Translations under genes and position numbers: made by a program
Shown here: positions 63,128 to 64,000 of the stretch, piece after piece
Numbering within the stretch: the first letter of the stretch is position 1
Layout of the letters: each line of letters opens with the position of its first letter
Origin: Collinsella aerofaciens
GTDB lineage: Bacteria > Actinomycetota > Coriobacteriia > Coriobacteriales > Coriobacteriaceae
Length of the DNA: 64,000 nucleotides
Assembly (NCBI GenBank): GCA_048478035.1
Contig: DBGBCW010000015.1
Span: 29,962-93,961 of the forward strand
Reading direction: 5' to 3'
The notes under the pieces: model-generated
Database searches by the model: none
The model's input: the letters and a program-made list of their open reading frames with translations, nothing else
Told to the model about the DNA's origin: nothing

Positions 63128-64000
63128 ATGCTGCGCAGGAAAATAGCGGCAGAGCTGGAGCGTTGGCTGAAGTCTTCCGAGCAAAAGGCCTTGTTCATTA
63201 CGGGTTCTCGCCAGATTGGCAAAAGCTATTCGATTCGCGCATTTGGCAAAGCCAACCATGCAACCTACATCGAGCTTAACCTCATGGAAAACCGCCAGGC
63301 AAAAGATGCTCTTCTCGAGGCGCGGAATGCCGATGATTTCATCAGCAGGGTGACGCTTCTTTCGGGAAAGTCGATTGCACCAGGCAAAACGCTCGTGTTT
63401 ATCGATGAGGTCCAAGAGGCTCCCGACATCATGACGATGGCAAAGTTCCTTGTTGAGGACGGGAGGTGCCGCTGGGCGTTTTCGGGGTCAATGCTCGGGA
63501 CTCAGTTCAAGGGCGTCAGGTCCTATCCCGTGGGGTATGTTCGCGAGCTTAGGATGTTCCCGCTCGATTTTGAGGAGTTTTGCTGGGCAATCGGGGTGAG
63601 CGAGGGGGCTCGTCAAACGATACGTGACGCGTGTATCAGCGAGAGGCCCATTCCTGATTACATTCATGACGCGATGATGGCAAACTTCAGGACCTATACC
63701 GTTGTCGGCGGAATGCCGGAGGTCGTGCAGCGTTTCCTTGACACGCAGGGCGACCTTGCCTCTGTTCGTCAGCTACAGTCAGAGCTCAACGAACAGTACC
63801 GGCGGGATATCTCCAAGTATGCAAGCGGGCGAGCCCTTCAGGTGCAGAGCATCTACGATCAGCTCCCTATTATGCTCGAGGGCGAAAACAAGCGCTTCGT
63901 GCTCAATTCCATTGACCCCAAGGCTTACTACGAGAAGTATCAGCGAGATTTTGTATGGCTTGTCGATGCCGGCGTTGCTCTCAAAGCCGATATCGTAACC
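63128..64000 (+). CDS. AAA family ATPase (COG1373 / DUF4143-type), 3' end beyond the window
   Basis: Hand translation of the open frame from ATG 63128 gives Walker A ITGSRQIGKS, Walker B LVFIDEVQ, and a DUF4143-like continuation (RRDISKYA). There is no stop before 64000, so it is absent from the ORF track. Confidence 0.8.
   Translation, partial: MLRRKIAAELERWLKSSEQKALFITGSRQIGKSYSIRAFGKANHATYIELNLMENRQAKDALLEARNADDFISRVTLLSGKSIAPGKTLVFIDEVQEAPDIMTMAKFLVEDGRCRWAFSGSMLGTQFKGVRSYPVGYVRELRMFPLDFEEFCWAIGVSEGARQTIRDACISERPIPDYIHDAMMANFRTYTVVGGMPEVVQRFLDTQGDLASVRQLQSELNEQYRRDISKYASGRALQVQSIYDQLPIMLEGENKRFVLNSIDPKAYYEKYQRDFVWLVDAGVALKADIVT

Overview
This is a 64-kb high-GC bacterial chromosomal segment. 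Gene content and LAxTG/LPxTG-type sorting signals suggest an Actinomycetota, possibly a Coriobacteriia-like gut anaerobe. That is inference only. No database search was possible, so all homology calls rest on recognised motifs.

About 47 protein genes are supported:
- three paralogous heterodimeric ABC-exporter operons, two of them translationally coupled to MarR regulators
- cysE, dedA, ilvE, lemA, a TetR regulator and a TadA-glycerate kinase fusion ORF
- a ~2470-aa wall-anchored adhesin interrupted by a single in-frame TAG, and two further LAxTG surface proteins
- flavodoxin-like, LTA-synthase-like and nitroreductase genes
- kup plus a truncated KdpD/KdpE pair, with no kdpFABC in the window
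- rlmKL and tex
- a DeoR-linked ascorbate-family PTS locus flanked by two transaldolase paralogs
- a LysR-linked SDR/MFS/Gfo-Idh-MocA operon and a GGDEF protein
- pdxK coupled to a TIGR04076-like Cys-rich protein, and a 3'-truncated AAA ATPase

RNA genes are tRNA-Ser(UGA) and SRP RNA.

The most unusual content is non-coding:
- Three BIME-like arrays are built from a ~31-nt module that alternates in orientation, giving a 62-nt period (8, 6 and 3 units).
- Two covarying ~130-nt palindromic elements (P) together with two of the arrays bracket a 4.1-kb surface-protein gene.
- A second covarying ~160-nt structured repeat (Q) occurs twice.
- A conserved 29-nt palindrome family is scattered between genes.
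- A mosaic intergenic region upstream of pdxK carries a nested 20-mer palindrome and a perfect 28-bp inverted repeat flanking 96 bp.
- Four phased 23-bp direct repeats lie upstream of the flavodoxin-like gene.
- A G9 tract lies upstream of the interrupted adhesin gene.

No CRISPR array, cas genes, transposase, integrase or rRNA were seen.
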